A DNA stretch of 64,000 bases. Source: Octopus sinensis. Taxonomy: Eukaryota. The DNA is taken from positions 80,290,001-80,354,000 of the forward strand of contig NC_043005.1 in assembly GCF_006345805.1 (NCBI RefSeq), given 5' to 3'. The translations under genes were made by a program, and so were the position numbers. Below are positions 13,520-26,960 of this stretch, piece by piece. The notes beneath the pieces were generated by a model. The model was not told where the DNA came from and made no database searches. It saw only the letters and a program-made list of their open reading frames with translations. How positions within the stretch are numbered: position 1 is the stretch's first letter; the number at the start of each line of letters is the position of its first letter.

Positions 13520-14394
13520 TATTGGGCCATTCCATAATTAATGCGGCTTTTTTATACTTCCTTTATGTCTCAAAGTTAAGATAATCAAAGTTCTTTTTAA
13601 ATCTAAAATGTACTCTCCTTCATTTTCTACAATGCTTTTGCATCTGTCTGGAAGACTTGTAAGGCCAGCCCTTCTTCCGAAATTCACTTGTCCGTGACAA
13701 AAAATACCCCTCCAGTACTGTTCTGACTTCGTCTACAGTGTTCATATTTTATCCGTCCAAATGATTTTGAAGACTGTGGAATAAATGATGAGATAGTGTA
13801 ATGTCCGGCGAATATGGTGGATGGAGCATCATTGCCTAGTTAAACTGCTCCAGCCTTTTGAATGTCATCCTCGTTGTATATGGCCGAGCATTATCCTGAT
13901 GGAAGAACACCTTTCGTCTTGAAACCACAGTTGGTCATTTTTTCTTCAAGCACAGGTGTTTGTGAATGGTTGAGTGTCGACATACAAGCTTCTCTGCTCG
14001 TTCCTCAACAGTTACGATGGGATTTGTTCCACCAGGATTTGGACGTCACCCTCGTCGAGCTCTACAGATCTTCCAGGACAGCGCTCGTTTTCTAGTCTGT
14101 AGTTTCTGGATTGGAATCTATGGAACTACCGTTGACACTGGCTTACGCTTATTGTGCGATCCCCATATACTGCATTAATATTCCTCGCACTTTACGCTGC
14201 GTTGTTGCCTTTATAGAACTGATACAGCAAAATATGCGGAATAATCTCCTTTGTCACTTCCATTATACCTTTCAAATATAACTGTTAAAATCGAACTGCA
14301 CTTCGGAAGTTGATGCAGGTAGTTCATCCCGTCCCCATCCAACTTTTAGGGTATGCAATTGAAAAAACCGCATTATATATGGGAAGATCCAATA
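13520..14394 (-). mobile_element. Internally deleted mariner DNA transposon
   Basis: TIRs TATTGGGCCATTCCATAATTAATGCGGCTTTTT / AAAAAACCGCATTATATATGGGAAGATCCAATA flanked by TA; minus strand gives FFHQDNARPYT and LHPPYSPD, motifs of the mariner catalytic domain. Confidence 0.9.
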
Positions 14395-14695
14395 TATAAA
14401 ACAATTTAATTATTACATTGAATTATCGCGAAATATTCTTTAGTAGAACACATTTTTAATATATATCAATGTTTAATGTACATAAATGCTAACTTTGACG
14501 CCGATGTTTTTTGTCTTTCTTAACCGTTACAAGAATCCCTGTGATCGACTTAAGGATCAGTCTCAGTCTGCGCAAATACCGCACCTTGAAATTTTCTGTC
14601 ATTTCTTTCTCCATCAATTTCTTAATCCAATTAGTTTCAGTTTAATTCATTCTCAAGTGCTTGTACAGTGCTTTATCTTTGCAATATTCTATCCT

Positions 14696-14770
14696 ATTAT
14701 TATTATCATTATTATCATTCTTCTTCTTCTTCTTCTTCTTCTTCTTCTTCTTCTTCTTCTTCTTCTTCTT

Positions 14771-14833
<63 letters not shown>
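14696..14833. repeat. Compound (TCT)n/(TAT)n microsatellite
   Basis: Direct tandem triplets; source of the poly-L/F/S/R ORFs in the track. Confidence 0.95.
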
Positions 14834-14834
<1 letters not shown>

Positions 14835-14925
14835 TATGTTTGAATTTTGCTTTATGTCTGTACAAGTTGGCTCCAAGTCTCACCCAGAGACCTCAAGAGA
14901 CAACAGGTTGGAAGTTCTGTGCCAT
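14834..14925 (-). mobile_element. Probable 3' UTR of an R4-like LINE ending in (TAA)n
   Basis: Non-repetitive segment abutting the TAA array, downstream of and on the same strand as the fragment at 15266-15700. Confidence 0.45.
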
Positions 14926-14979
14926 ATATATTTTTTTTTTTGGTGTTGTACTAGTGAATGTCTAATACATAAAAAAAAA

Positions 14980-15016
<37 letters not shown>

Positions 15017-15265
15017 GAATGGGAGAGAAATATGTGCCATCAAAGTGACACTGGGGTAAAATATACGAAGCCCAGTATACCCATCATGACTACCCGTCTG
15101 ATAAGGGTACACTAGGTACATGCATCACAACCATATGTGCGCGACATGGTGATCTCATACCAAGATAAACAGCACATGATCTTGTAGGTGGGGCCCATTT
15201 ATAATTTTCTTCTGGTCAAGTAACCCATCCCGTTCAAAAGCTCTCTGAATAAGGATTGTGTAAGG
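15017..15265 (-). mobile_element. Unclassified interspersed repeat abutting (TAA)n (probable retroposon 3' end)
   Basis: GCCATCAAAGTGACACTGGGGTAAAATATACGAAGCCC... recurs at 32291 and 32485, each time next to a TAT array. Confidence 0.7.
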
Positions 15266-15700
15266 ATGTTGAACGAAACAGCCCGAGATGATGTGGTCAA
15301 ATGTCTCATTGTGCTGGTTGTACATTCTGCATTTGGTGTTGAGGCCTGTTTTCATTATTTTGTTTTTATAATTGTGCGTAGTCACATTGGTGTTTTGCAG
15401 CGAAAATCATTCCTTCCGTTTCGGCTTTTTTGTCCTGAGATTTTGAATATTGTTGGCTCACTTCCTCTCTGTCGTGTCTTGCAGGACAATGGCCATGACG
15501 TGATTTTTCTCTCCATCTCTTCTTCCCTACATTTTGTAATTCAGTTTTCATAACATTTTTTTGTCTCTCCTTACCATTACTGCTATTTTGTCATCTGAAG
15601 TCAATGAGTTAATACAGTGTGCTTCTCTTTTGTATTTTGTTGCCTCGTTGTGTATATAAAAAAGCATTTTCTTATTCTCATGTTGCTTTAATACGTGCAG
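15266..15700 (-). mobile_element. R4-like LINE fragment (post-RT region and zinc knuckle)
   Basis: KRWREKSRHG, KAETEGMIFAA and KCRMYNQHNETFDHIISGC, homologous to 30205-30750. Confidence 0.82.
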
Positions 15701-15780
15701 TAGTTTTCCCCTCTTTGTTTCCAAGTATTTTGCTAGTCCAACTATTGTTATTTTATAGAAGTCTTCTATATGTATCTGTA

Positions 15781-15838
<58 letters not shown>

Positions 15839-16832
15839 GTTGTTGTTGTTGTTGTTGTTGTTGTCGTCGTTGTCGTCGTTTTTGTTTTGGTTGTTATTCT
15901 TCTACTTCTTCCACTTCTTCTTTAAAGTATTATTATTGACGTCGTTGTTGCTATTTTTACATTTAACTGTTGTTTGCGCAGGTCGTGGCAGAATTAGAGA
16001 CGTATCAAATGAAGTTATAATGACATCAACTGAGGATTATTTACCCTCTCAGTTCAAATCCAGTTGAAATTCACATAACAAACATTTCTCCGAGGTCGAA
16101 AAAATGTGCTCCTCTCTTGTACTATAGTAATATAACTTTGGGAAACGTTACCTCATCTCCAACATTCAATATATTTGGCTTTAATTTTTACGACTAATTC
16201 AATATAATATACACTGTGGCAGCTGAAGTTGTTGATGTTTGCTCCTCACCAAGATTCGCTTGCTCAAATTATTAACATTATTATTGTAATCACAATATAT
16301 TCTTTCCTCGTTATTATTGATATTGCTGTTGTTCCGGGATTGTTTTTGCAGTTATTATCTTGATGTTTCTGTTTGTTTTATGTTATGGTTATCTTATTTC
16401 GTATTCACTCATTGTTATCATTGGTAATTGGCATTTAAAGAAACAAAGAAATCAACGAAAGATAGAAGGAATAGAGAAAAGGTGAAAGAAAATAAAGACT
16501 CTAGTCCTTTGGAGCAGACGTAACGTATGCATAGACATACACACACACAAGTATATATATACATATATATATGTATGTATGTATGGGCGTGTGTGTATGT
16601 ATATATGTGTATATATGTAAATATATATGTATATATGTGTATATATAAGTATATCTATCAATATATACACACACACATATATATATATGATTGTGTGTAT
16701 TAATATATGCATATTAATATGTATATATACATACATACATATACATATATATATATATATATATATACATACACATATATATACATACACATACATATAT
16801 CTATACAAGTTCATATTTATATTATATATATA

Positions 16833-16865
<33 letters not shown>

Positions 16866-18038
16866 CTTAACTCCACAGAGAAACACATACAATCACACAC
16901 ACAGACATACACACACAGTTACTAGTTACAGATGCAAATACATGTGCATATATATGGAAGGAAAATGGTGAAATAATCAACACACGATTGCGTATTGAGT
17001 AAATGTGGGAGAGAAGAGGAGAGGAAAGGAAAAGATATTGTTTGGTTATATGTGGATGTGTGGTGCTGTCTGTTTTCATGGAAAAATCAGCAAAATTCAG
17101 GCACTATTCTATATTTATTTATTTATTTATTTATCGCTTTATCCCGATTCTTTCAATTCGGGAGAATGTAATAAGAAAGCGAATATATAAATGAAAGATA
17201 AAAATAAAATCAAGAAGGTTTAGAAGAATAAAAAATATAGAAACAAAAGGGAAATAATATAATTGAGAGGAAATGCTTTAGAAAAAATAATAATAGAGAA
17301 GAAAGCGAGAAAGAAAAAGAATAAGAATGAGAAGATCGTGTGGAAATAATGAACGGAATAAGAGAAGAGAGAAAGGAAATTTATAGAGGAAGGAAACTTA
17401 TGAATGAATAGGAGAAGAGAGGTGAAGAGAGGTGTGAAAGAAATACTAGAATAGAGAGTAAACAATAAAAAAAAATTAAGATTAAATATGAACAAAATAT
17501 GAAAAATATTGAAAAATTTCTATTGAGGCGATATTCTAAAATGTCAAGATAATATAAAATGGTTGCGGGTTGGGGAAGTAAAATGGAGGCAAAGTAACGA
17601 AACAATAAAATATAATGGAGGAAATATATTCATTTTATATGTGACAAACAACTTAACCGAACCCTGTAAAATAGAAACAAATATAGGTGTATATTATGTT
17701 GTGGTGTATGTAGAATTTTATAGACATCTGTTTACTGTGTAACTGTTGGGGATAAATCCATAATACGCAATGCAGGCAGTGTATATGAATATATATGTGC
17801 ATTTGTGTTTGTGTGTCTGTATGTATGTATGTGTGTATCTTTATACATATGCATACACATAAATACTTATGAATATATACATATACATACATATATACAT
17901 ATACATACATACACACACATATATATATATATTTATATGTATACATGTAATACCACAACTCAGTAAAGTTACCGAATAGTGACATACTATAATTATTATT
18001 GCTATTATCGTTATATATTTATTGTTTTCAACTCTTAC

Positions 18039-18104
18039 TTGCTTTTCTTCTTCAAATATGTTATCGGGCATGTTCGATATGTCACCTAATTCCGATTCAT
18101 ATGC
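18039..18104 (-). CDS. Candidate 66-nt exon (phase 0-0)
   Basis: atgtttgcag|AYESELGDISNMPDNIFEEEKQ|GTAAGA; canonical splice sites, protein-like composition, unique DNA. Confidence 0.42.
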
Positions 18105-18989
18105 CTGCAAACATCTGTGTCTACGGCTGAATGTGTGGTTTGTGTATCATTATATTAAACACAAACAGGTCACATATATGCACGCATGTGTGTGTGTTCA
18201 CGTGAGTGTGTATGTATATATATATATATATATATTTGTATGTATGTATATACGTATGTATATATATATGTATGTATGTATAAGAAAACAGCGGTGGGAA
18301 AATAGGAGGTTATTCCATCAGTTTATAGTTAGTTCATAGTTGTGTATATTATATATTAGGTATTATATGCTTATATAAAATACACATGTACACCCATATG
18401 TATTCGCGTACTGAGAAATACCTTGAGATACCACTTAGAATTATGAATACAAATATCGCAGTGCTTCACCATATGTAATACAATAACCCTGAAATTTCCA
18501 GTTCTCTGAAATGATCACCGTTGTACAATGAAGACAATTGGAAATTTATAGTGAATCTGGTTTCACAAAGCAAATTCGTAAACGTAACAAACACACTGTT
18601 CAGTCTTTAGCAAAATATATTTTACTCATCAAGACTACAAATGATCAATTGCTAGTATTAACGTAATACAGTAATAAAGCCAATTATAATAACTACACTA
18701 CAATCGACGGAACATTGTCTGTACAGATTGTTGTATATATCAAATAGTAATTCGGCTTCCACGCACAAACGTAATGTAATGCGTTGACAAAAACATGCTA
18801 ACAATTACACGATCAAGAACTCTTCTAGAAATGTTTAAAATCTTAGAACAGCGGTAATGAATGTTAACGCTGATAAGATCAGCTGACCAAAATATTTGAA
18901 TATTACAGCAATACAGATTAGGTATGTCAGGATCATTGTGTTAGCCAAGATAGTTATATATATATATTGCTGATTTCCATCATTTCCCT

Positions 18990-20190
18990 AACAGAAATGA
19001 CTAGTTTTGTCTGTTTTGGGTAGACTACTCTTTGTTTCAGTTCTTGCAACCATTCATTTTCCTTCCTGTTCTCCTTGTCTTTGCTCCAGATGTCACTCTA
19101 AAACCATTGACTTGATACGTTATCTGGTATCAACATTTCATCTGTACATTCTTCAGTTATTTCTTTATAGAATCTCTTCTGATCTACTCTGAATAAACTA
19201 TTCTGGTGATAACTCTTCATTCTTTCGTCGTATCTTACCATCTTTGCTTTTGTTTCAACGAGGGGCTGTTTCAGTTCCTGTATTACCACATTCACACCCT
19301 GTCTTCTATTTTCATACTTCCTGTTCAGTACCGTGAATTTTTGTTCACTTTAGGCTCCCCCCTTCTTTTTTCGGTCTAACAGAGAAATGTCTTTCTAGAT
19401 TACATCTAACCCGGCCTGTATTCTTCTTTTCCACCATGGATCTTTTCTTTTGCCTCTCCCATTATATTTCTTTTTCTTCACATCAACACCCACATTTTCT
19501 GCTACAAAAATACTGTCTTGCTGCAATTAGTTGTTCCTGTGATGCTCTTTGTTCTGATGTATTTTAGAATTTAATTCACATTTTATGTTTCTTGGGTCTG
19601 TTTAAACCGATAAACATTTTAAAGTTTGCAAATAGTGTCGCTATCGTTCTCCTTGCCTTTATTCTGTCGTAGATTGCATTTTGCCCATCTGTCATGTCAC
19701 CATTAGTTTTATTGTCTTCTTCCAAACAATCTATATGTCTCACATCAAGCAAGCTATCTCTGTTCCTTTCCTGTGGTTTAGAGATTTGACCTCTGTTTCC
19801 TGCTATGAGATTAATTCTATCAGTAAGAACTGTATTTTCATCGTTTTCTCTGCTGCTATTTTCCAAAACCAGTCTTTAGATAATTTCCAGCTCTACTTCT
19901 GTGAACCAACGATTTTTTCTTATTGATTTAGCTTGATCATATAATCATTATTCTGTGAGTTGAAACAGTCCTTTTTATCTACATTGATCATACATACGGT
20001 GTCGGCATCCCCTAATATGAGCACCATTTTCATCTCTTTTGTTGCTCAGGTAGTAACACACCATGACCACAACACTGACTTGTTTGTTCCATCTACGCCG
20101 TGTCTGCCGGTCCATTTCTGGATAACGACAGGCTAGAGCTAGATTAGTATCTCGGTACCTGCCGGATGCAACACTGTCGTCAACAAAGGT
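18990..20190 (-). mobile_element. 5'/pre-RT part of an R4-like LINE, decayed
   Basis: QELKQPLVETKAKMVRYDERMKSYHQNSLFRVDQKRFY corresponds to the pre-RT segment at 29600-29760 (EKLKQDILAKAQRICRYEKRQRFFEQNKKF). Confidence 0.75.
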
Positions 20191-21029
20191 TTTTGTTTCA
20201 TTTCAACCGTTATTCACAATCTTTCGTTTTTTCATTGCCATTCATATGAGGTAGCGATTATCAGGTTGCGTAATTATCAGATTTATCACTCCCTCCAACA
20301 ACTTTGCTTGAACATGTACACGGTGTATCACACGTCAGGTGGAATAAAAATTACAAGATTTTAAAGCAAATTTTGAGAGAAGCAATTCATTATTTTACTC
20401 CTTTATTGAACGTAGATTTTATTTTTTATATTTATATTGACACCCTAGAAAAGTATCATTTGGTCATATGGTGATAAAATGCATAAAGCAAAGAACGACA
20501 GAAAAAAGAGTGAACCCTGTGCTTGTGGGTTTGTGTAGAGTAAACGGAATAATTTATCCTGACGTTCGTCATTAAATCACATTGCTAGGGATAATGGAAG
20601 AAGTTATGCGACACAAACTTTATAAATGTGTTCTGTATGTTCTAGAATAACTTCCTGGTGAGATGCATGTACACAACTGTTTATTTCGTTTACTGTGTCA
20701 CTGGATATATCGTCCCCTGTGCGCTCGCGCACGCGTGTGTGTGTGCGTTTGAACAGAACCCAAGCAGTATTTTTCCTTATCTCTCTTCTCTCCGATCTTA
20801 TTTTCGTTCCTTATTGCTTTGTCTCTCTATTTGGAGTTTTCTTTCGTAGCTGTCGGCGGACTATGTCTGAAACATTATTCTTCTACTTCATACCTTCTAA
20901 CTACTTAAATTTTCTCCTCCTTTCAGCATTAAGCTAGTAATACTAACAATAAACGTCCCACGGACTTTGTAGCTGATTGTTTGCTTTACCCCCCCACACA
21001 CACACACACTTTCTCTCTCTCTTTTTCTC

Positions 21030-21250
21030 TTTTATTCTTTTGCTTATTTTAGTCATTTGGCTAAGGCCATGCTGGAGCGCCGCCTTAATGATTTTTCGTC
21101 GAAGCAATCAAACCCAGGACTTCTTCTTTGTAAGCCTAGTATTTATTATATCTGTCTATCGTCGAACCGCTAATACGGACATAAACAAACCGACATCGGT
21201 TTTCAGGCGATGGCTGTGGGACAACCACAGACGCACAGACACGCACATAG
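21030..21250 (-). mobile_element. SINE family A tail
   Basis: AGTCATTTGGCTAAGGCCATGCTGGAGCGCCGCC...GAACCGCTAATACGG. Confidence 0.75.
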
Positions 21251-21323
21251 ATACATACATCTATCTGTCTATCTGTCCGAATGTTTTCATGTCCTCTATT
21301 GCGATTTTGTGCCATATATATAT

Positions 21324-21377
<54 letters not shown>

Positions 21378-21432
21378 CACAATAAATAAAAGAATGGAGT
21401 TGAACGAAGAATTAACAAAATTCCTTTATTTA

Positions 21433-21514
21433 TTTTCGACATATGTTTCGAAGCTGCATATTCCTAATTTCGAAGGAATAAGCGGTGCATTATGCCGCCT
21501 TCTCATCAGGAAAA
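21433..21514 (-). ncRNA. Type I hammerhead ribozyme (minimal helix III, branched helix II)
   Basis: UUUUC-CUGAUGA-GAAG[...]CUUC-GAAA-C-AUAU-G-UC-GAAAA; all core nucleotides present and helices I-III pair. Confidence 0.8.
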
Positions 21515-21580
21515 AACAAGGAACTTATGTCAGCATCAAGGTGCACAAAAACTTTTAGATGACTGCCCACACGGAGCCCA

Positions 21581-21790
21581 TAGAATGACGCCACCCCGCT
21601 GGCTAAGCGAGCAGGCCAACAGAAGAAAGAGTGGGAGAAAGAGTGGTGAAAGAGTACAGCAGGGATCACCACACCCTGCCGGAGCCTCGTGGAGCTTTTA
21701 GGTGTTTTCGCTCAATAAACACTCACAACGCCCGGTCTGGGAATCTACGACCGCGAGTTCGCTGCCCTAACCACTGGGCCATTGCGCCTC

Positions 21791-21791
<1 letters not shown>
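21581..21791 (-). mobile_element. SINE family B, short-tail form (3' truncated)
   Basis: B head plus GCTTAGCCAGCGGGGTGGCGTCATT, as at 34139 and 37331. Confidence 0.85.
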
Positions 21792-21823
<32 letters not shown>

Positions 21824-21847
21824 TCTATATATATATCTATATATATA

Positions 21848-21886
<39 letters not shown>

Positions 21887-22616
21887 ATATATATATATGA
21901 ATAATCATGACGCGCACTCTTACTCTTTACTTGACCCTTCCTCCCTGCCTGTCTGTCTTCCTCTCTACCTATCTCTCTCCTTCTTATTTTTCACCCTTTC
22001 TGGCTTCTTTTCTTCTCTCTCCTCCTCCCCCTCCTCTCTCTGGCCGTTGACCGGAGTGCTACTAAAAATTTTCTTTCTGTCCGTGCTTTCAACAAGCCAA
22101 CATCGACTTCTCTGTCTTTCGCAAGCCGATTTTTCACATGCTTTCTAACTAATTTTTCCTCCATCTAGGCTTAAAAAAAGCCCTTATTGTTGGTTTTCTT
22201 GTCCTGTTATTCTTTATTTGTACTGTTTTTTCTACTGTTTTTTCTTCATTTGTATTGCTTTTACGTCCTGTTCTTGTCACTTGATTTACCCCTCTGCAAA
22301 AGAATTTTATTTAATTCCTTTTGCAGGAAGGTCTGTTTCGGCCGGGTCGTGTTCTGCCCTTACCTTCCAAACACGCATTGAGTCGAACCAGAGGCAGCTG
22401 ATGAAGGGGAATTTTCCTTGTATTGTTTGTCCTGTACTCTGTTTTTTCGTTGTTAAAAAATGTCCGTTTCCTTGTTTGATTTTATGTTTTCGTTTCTCGT
22501 AATGTTCTACATTTATTTGTGGTGTCCTGTACTCATATATGCGTGTTATATACATATAGATGTAAGTATGTACATATATGTATGTATATATGCATATGTT
22601 TCATTTATTATATTGT

Positions 22617-22671
<55 letters not shown>

Positions 22672-22861
22672 CAAGATTAATCAGCCGAAATTACTACGAT
22701 GATCCGGTTCTTGACTGAAGACTGAGGGGTTCGAATGTCCTGTCCATGTTTATTGTATCGTCTTCTAAGAGTTATACGTTCTTGTCCATGTTGTATTTTT
22801 CTACATACCTTAATATATATATATATTATATATATATTAATATAGATATTTATAATAATAT

Positions 22862-23020
22862 AACGGCGGGCTTCCTTCTATTTCTCTCTAACAAATCCAC
22901 TCATAAGACTTTGGTTGGCTCGAGGCTATAGTAGGTGACACTTGCCCAAGATGCCAGGCAAAGAGACAGAACCCAGAGCGATGAGGTTTGCCACCAAGCT
23001 TCTTACCGCTCAACCACACC
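22862..23020 (-). mobile_element. SINE family A head
   Basis: CGGGCTTCCTTC...AAATCCACTCATAAG...CTTGCCCAAG...AAGCTTCTTACCGC. Confidence 0.78.
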
Positions 23021-23067
<47 letters not shown>

Positions 23068-23204
23068 TGTGTGTGTTTGTGTGTGTGTATGTGTTTGCGA
23101 AAGAGAGAGAGAGGGTGCTTATGTCCGCTTGTAAACTTGTGCGTTCAGGATGACTACGTAATGTATTAGTTTTTTATATATTAATATATTAATACGCGTT
23201 AAAA

Positions 23205-23415
23205 GACTGCGAAATGGCAGAATCGTTAGCACGCCGGATGAACTGTTGAGATATATTTTGTCTGTCTTCACGTTCGGGTTCAAATTCCGCCGAGGTCGAC
23301 TTTGCCTTTCATCCTTTCAGAGGTCAATAAATTAATTACCAATTGAACACTGGGGACGATGTAATCGGCTGGCACATTCCGTTCCTGTCCTTGTGCCAAT
23401 ATTGGAAATCAATAT
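23205..23415 (+). mobile_element. SINE family C monomer
   Basis: GGCAGAATCGTTAGCACGCCGG...GTTCAAATTCCGCCGAGGTCGACTTTGCCTTTCATCC. Confidence 0.85.
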
Positions 23416-24207
23416 ATTAAAATGCTTTGTTATATCCAGAGCATCTGATGAGATCTAATAAGACTCTTTATAATCATTTATGAGGGCTTGCATCTGTCTG
23501 AATACTTAAAGTTTGGATGCGTATATATAATATATGTGTGCGGCTATAAACACAACTGTATGAGTATAAATATATATTAGGTAAATATCTCTGAATTTAT
23601 AGCCATATTGACTTTAGTTAATGGCAGATATGCAAGCTCATTTGTGACTATATGTATAAATCTGCATGAATTCGGGATGCATGTATTTAAGTATAGAAAT
23701 TTTACCCTATCACGTATCAGAACAGCTGCTAAGATTTTTAATATAAAAAGCGTTTAAATGCGCTTTTTCTTATGGGGTTACACATGTGTCGGTAAGTATA
23801 TATATGTAAATTTTACAGCATATGCCATCACATAAATTTCAAACCAATTTTTTACTGACAGTACTTCAAAATCTCGTTTTTATTCTGCATTGTTAGTCCA
23901 TTGTAGACCACTTACTCTGAGCTTGAATGAAATAACTCTGCATTTCATTTACAATTAAACTGATTTACGGCTCTGTATGTAGCAGATGGAATATGTGGGT
24001 GGTCGATCTGCATAGGATGACGTAAAAATCTCTATAGTTGAGGCGGGAGGGGTTTACCTCGGTATTGGTACAACATTGTAACCGGAGTGGAGAGATTTGA
24101 ATGTGAAATACAAAAGTTGAATGCAAAAACCTTAGTTCTTATGAAGACGTAATTGTTGATATAGTTCAGTGTGTCACCCGTTTGAAGCACTGTAAAGCTG
24201 ACGAACG

Positions 24208-24256
<49 letters not shown>

Positions 24257-24337
24257 ATACACACCGGCAAATTTTTCTATTTTTAAAATAGGATTTTATC
24301 CTGTATATATATATATATAATATATATATATATATAC

Positions 24338-24379
<42 letters not shown>

Positions 24380-24550
24380 ATGTGTATATGTATGTGTGTA
24401 TGTATGTATGTATATACCGATACATACACACAAATTTGAACGCAGAACTTAAGCAAATGCGGACGAAAAGCCGCTAAACCTTTTTACTTTGTGTTAACAA
24501 ATGTGCGAGATCACTTTCTTTGCATGCGTGAGTATGTATATATGTATATA

Positions 24551-24642
<92 letters not shown>

Positions 24643-25112
24643 TATACATTCATACACATACGCACAGACACACACGCATATATTTATACATACAAGACAA
24701 AAGGTAATTTTTGCCTCTTTTTATGGAGACTAAAGTGTTTATAGGACTGCAAAACAAAAAAAGAAGTGCTCAAATAAAATTGAGACAGAGATAAAAAAAA
24801 ATATTGATTAAAGAACAAACATCAAATTCGAATCAACGAATTTAAATAACACCACGTTTCCATACATTTGATCATATATAAATATTACCATGGTCTTCAA
24901 CATATAAAATGAATACATATATTAAAAAAAAACACAGAAGGTAAAAAATATATATGCACATAAAAACAATGTTTCAGCTATTTGCTGCACTGTAAATCTA
25001 ACGATAACGTTTATAAATATATGTATCAGTGTGTGTGTGTGATTGTGTGTGTGTGTGTGTGTGTGTGATTGTGTGTGTGTGCGTGTGTGTGTGCGTGTGT
25101 GTGTGTGCGTGC

Positions 25113-25149
<37 letters not shown>

Positions 25150-26897
25150 CCGTCGATTGTGCTCGGAGGTCTAAATCGGAACAGGCATTATACCGCATAT
25201 ACAGCTTAGTATACAATACGCATCACCTCTTGCCTCTAAATTATATATGATTCATACTCTCAGATACGATAAATTAAGGACATAAATTTTAGTGCCAAAT
25301 GTGAGAGGAGCGAGTGTGTGCTCAGGCATGCGCCCTTGTATGTGTATGCATGAGTGTGTGTGTGTGTGTGTGTGAGTGTGTGTGTGTGTGTGTGTTAAGC
25401 AATGAAAGTATATAGCAAAAGATGTAGAGTAATGGAAATATACAACCGTTCCAAAACACTAGAAACTCATATTAAGCAGCATGCAGCTTAATAATATGAA
25501 AGTATCATTGAGACAGTTTAGACTGAATGTAAATTTAATAAATAAATCAACTAAGAAATGAATGATATAAAGCATATAAATAAACAAATAGATAAATAAA
25601 GCAAAGCGTTTGTGAAGAAATACAAAGAGGTTTGTAAGGAGAAAGAAAGATGAATGTCGAATAAAAACTCTGGTACAAACAAACAATGATTGATCGAAGT
25701 AGAAATAAACGTAATAAATTCGAGCTTCACAATGTTATTTGATTACAGCAAAACCCACACGGGAAACAAATGTTTCCTTTTTCGTAATAAGATCACGCTG
25801 AAGATCATTAGATAGTAATAAAGATATTTAAATTAATCAGATGTAAATTGGGAACTAACACTTAAAGCAGAAAGCAGGATAAATTGGAGAAAAAATTGTC
25901 TAACAGTTGAAATTGAAATAGCAATTTTGTCACAAGGCTGCCATGCCTACAAAATCGTATAGTTGCTGAAATTGTTTGATTGGTTTAAATAGCCTATTTT
26001 ATTTAATCAATCGTAGCAGTCTTACGTGCAATTGAGCAAAAGAGGTTTTTGGGAATGTGTATACGTCCAGTGTTGAGAAGTCCGGAGGGTATTTAACGGC
26101 GCAAACGCTTCGATAAAGACATGCGTTGAAGGGTGTTTATATATGTATTACGCGTGTTATCTGTGTTTGTGGTTTGTGTGTGTGTGTGACTGTACGATAA
26201 CAATATATGCAGGGAGAGGTTAACGTGCAGTTAGTGAATTGAGAGAATGTAGAAAGGAATACGGAATACTGAGAGGGAGAGAGAGGTTGATCCATAGAGC
26301 TATATAAATGCATATGTGCACACAAACTTAAGAACACACACGCATCCCTCTCTCTCTCACAGTTATATATATATATAATTATATTATTGATGTGATAAGT
26401 ACTGTATTTTCGGTAATGTAAATGTATGACAAGAGTATCCTCCATTAATTGTTAGAAATCTCAGTTAGGCATTATAGAATGTCGTACATTTTTATTAGTG
26501 AACTGCATACATTTTGGTGGGCATCCGTCTCTAAAGAGTCTTTCCAACAGTAATTAAAAACAGTCAGCCTGACCCGCACTTTTACAACTACGAATATTAT
26601 TGTAAAGGCGTTTGTATATACTAATATTTCCCTAATGAATGTCTTTCCAAATTAAACTTCATTCTAACGATTATTTAATTGTGCAAATCTATTGCAAAAT
26701 ACACATTTATTAAGCGCTCTTTATGCAAATTAGATTTTCCGGTTTCATGAATTGCTCAACTGCACAGAATATATATGAATGTGTGTGTGTGTATGTGTGT
26801 GTGTGTGTGTGTATGTGTGTGTGATATTAAAATCCAAGGATCTGAGAGTACAGAGTAAGTAAGCTTCGAGCAAAAGGTAAATATATTTACCAACAGG

Positions 26898-26898
<1 letters not shown>

Positions 26899-26960
<62 letters not shown>
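26899..26960. repeat. (TAA)n array at the 3' end of LINE copy 1
   Basis: Pure ATT/TAA triplets. Confidence 0.95.

Noticed and set aside
20646-20657. 12-nt microexon (ttctag|AATAACTTCCTG|gtgaga)
   Set aside because: Such matches are frequent by chance in AT-rich introns; no independent support.
22398-22440. CTGATGA followed by a hairpin in a PLE-like terminus (similar cases at 23445 and CTGAAGA at 22717 and 49789)
   Set aside because: No correctly placed GAAA, helix III or helix I partner, so not called ribozymes.
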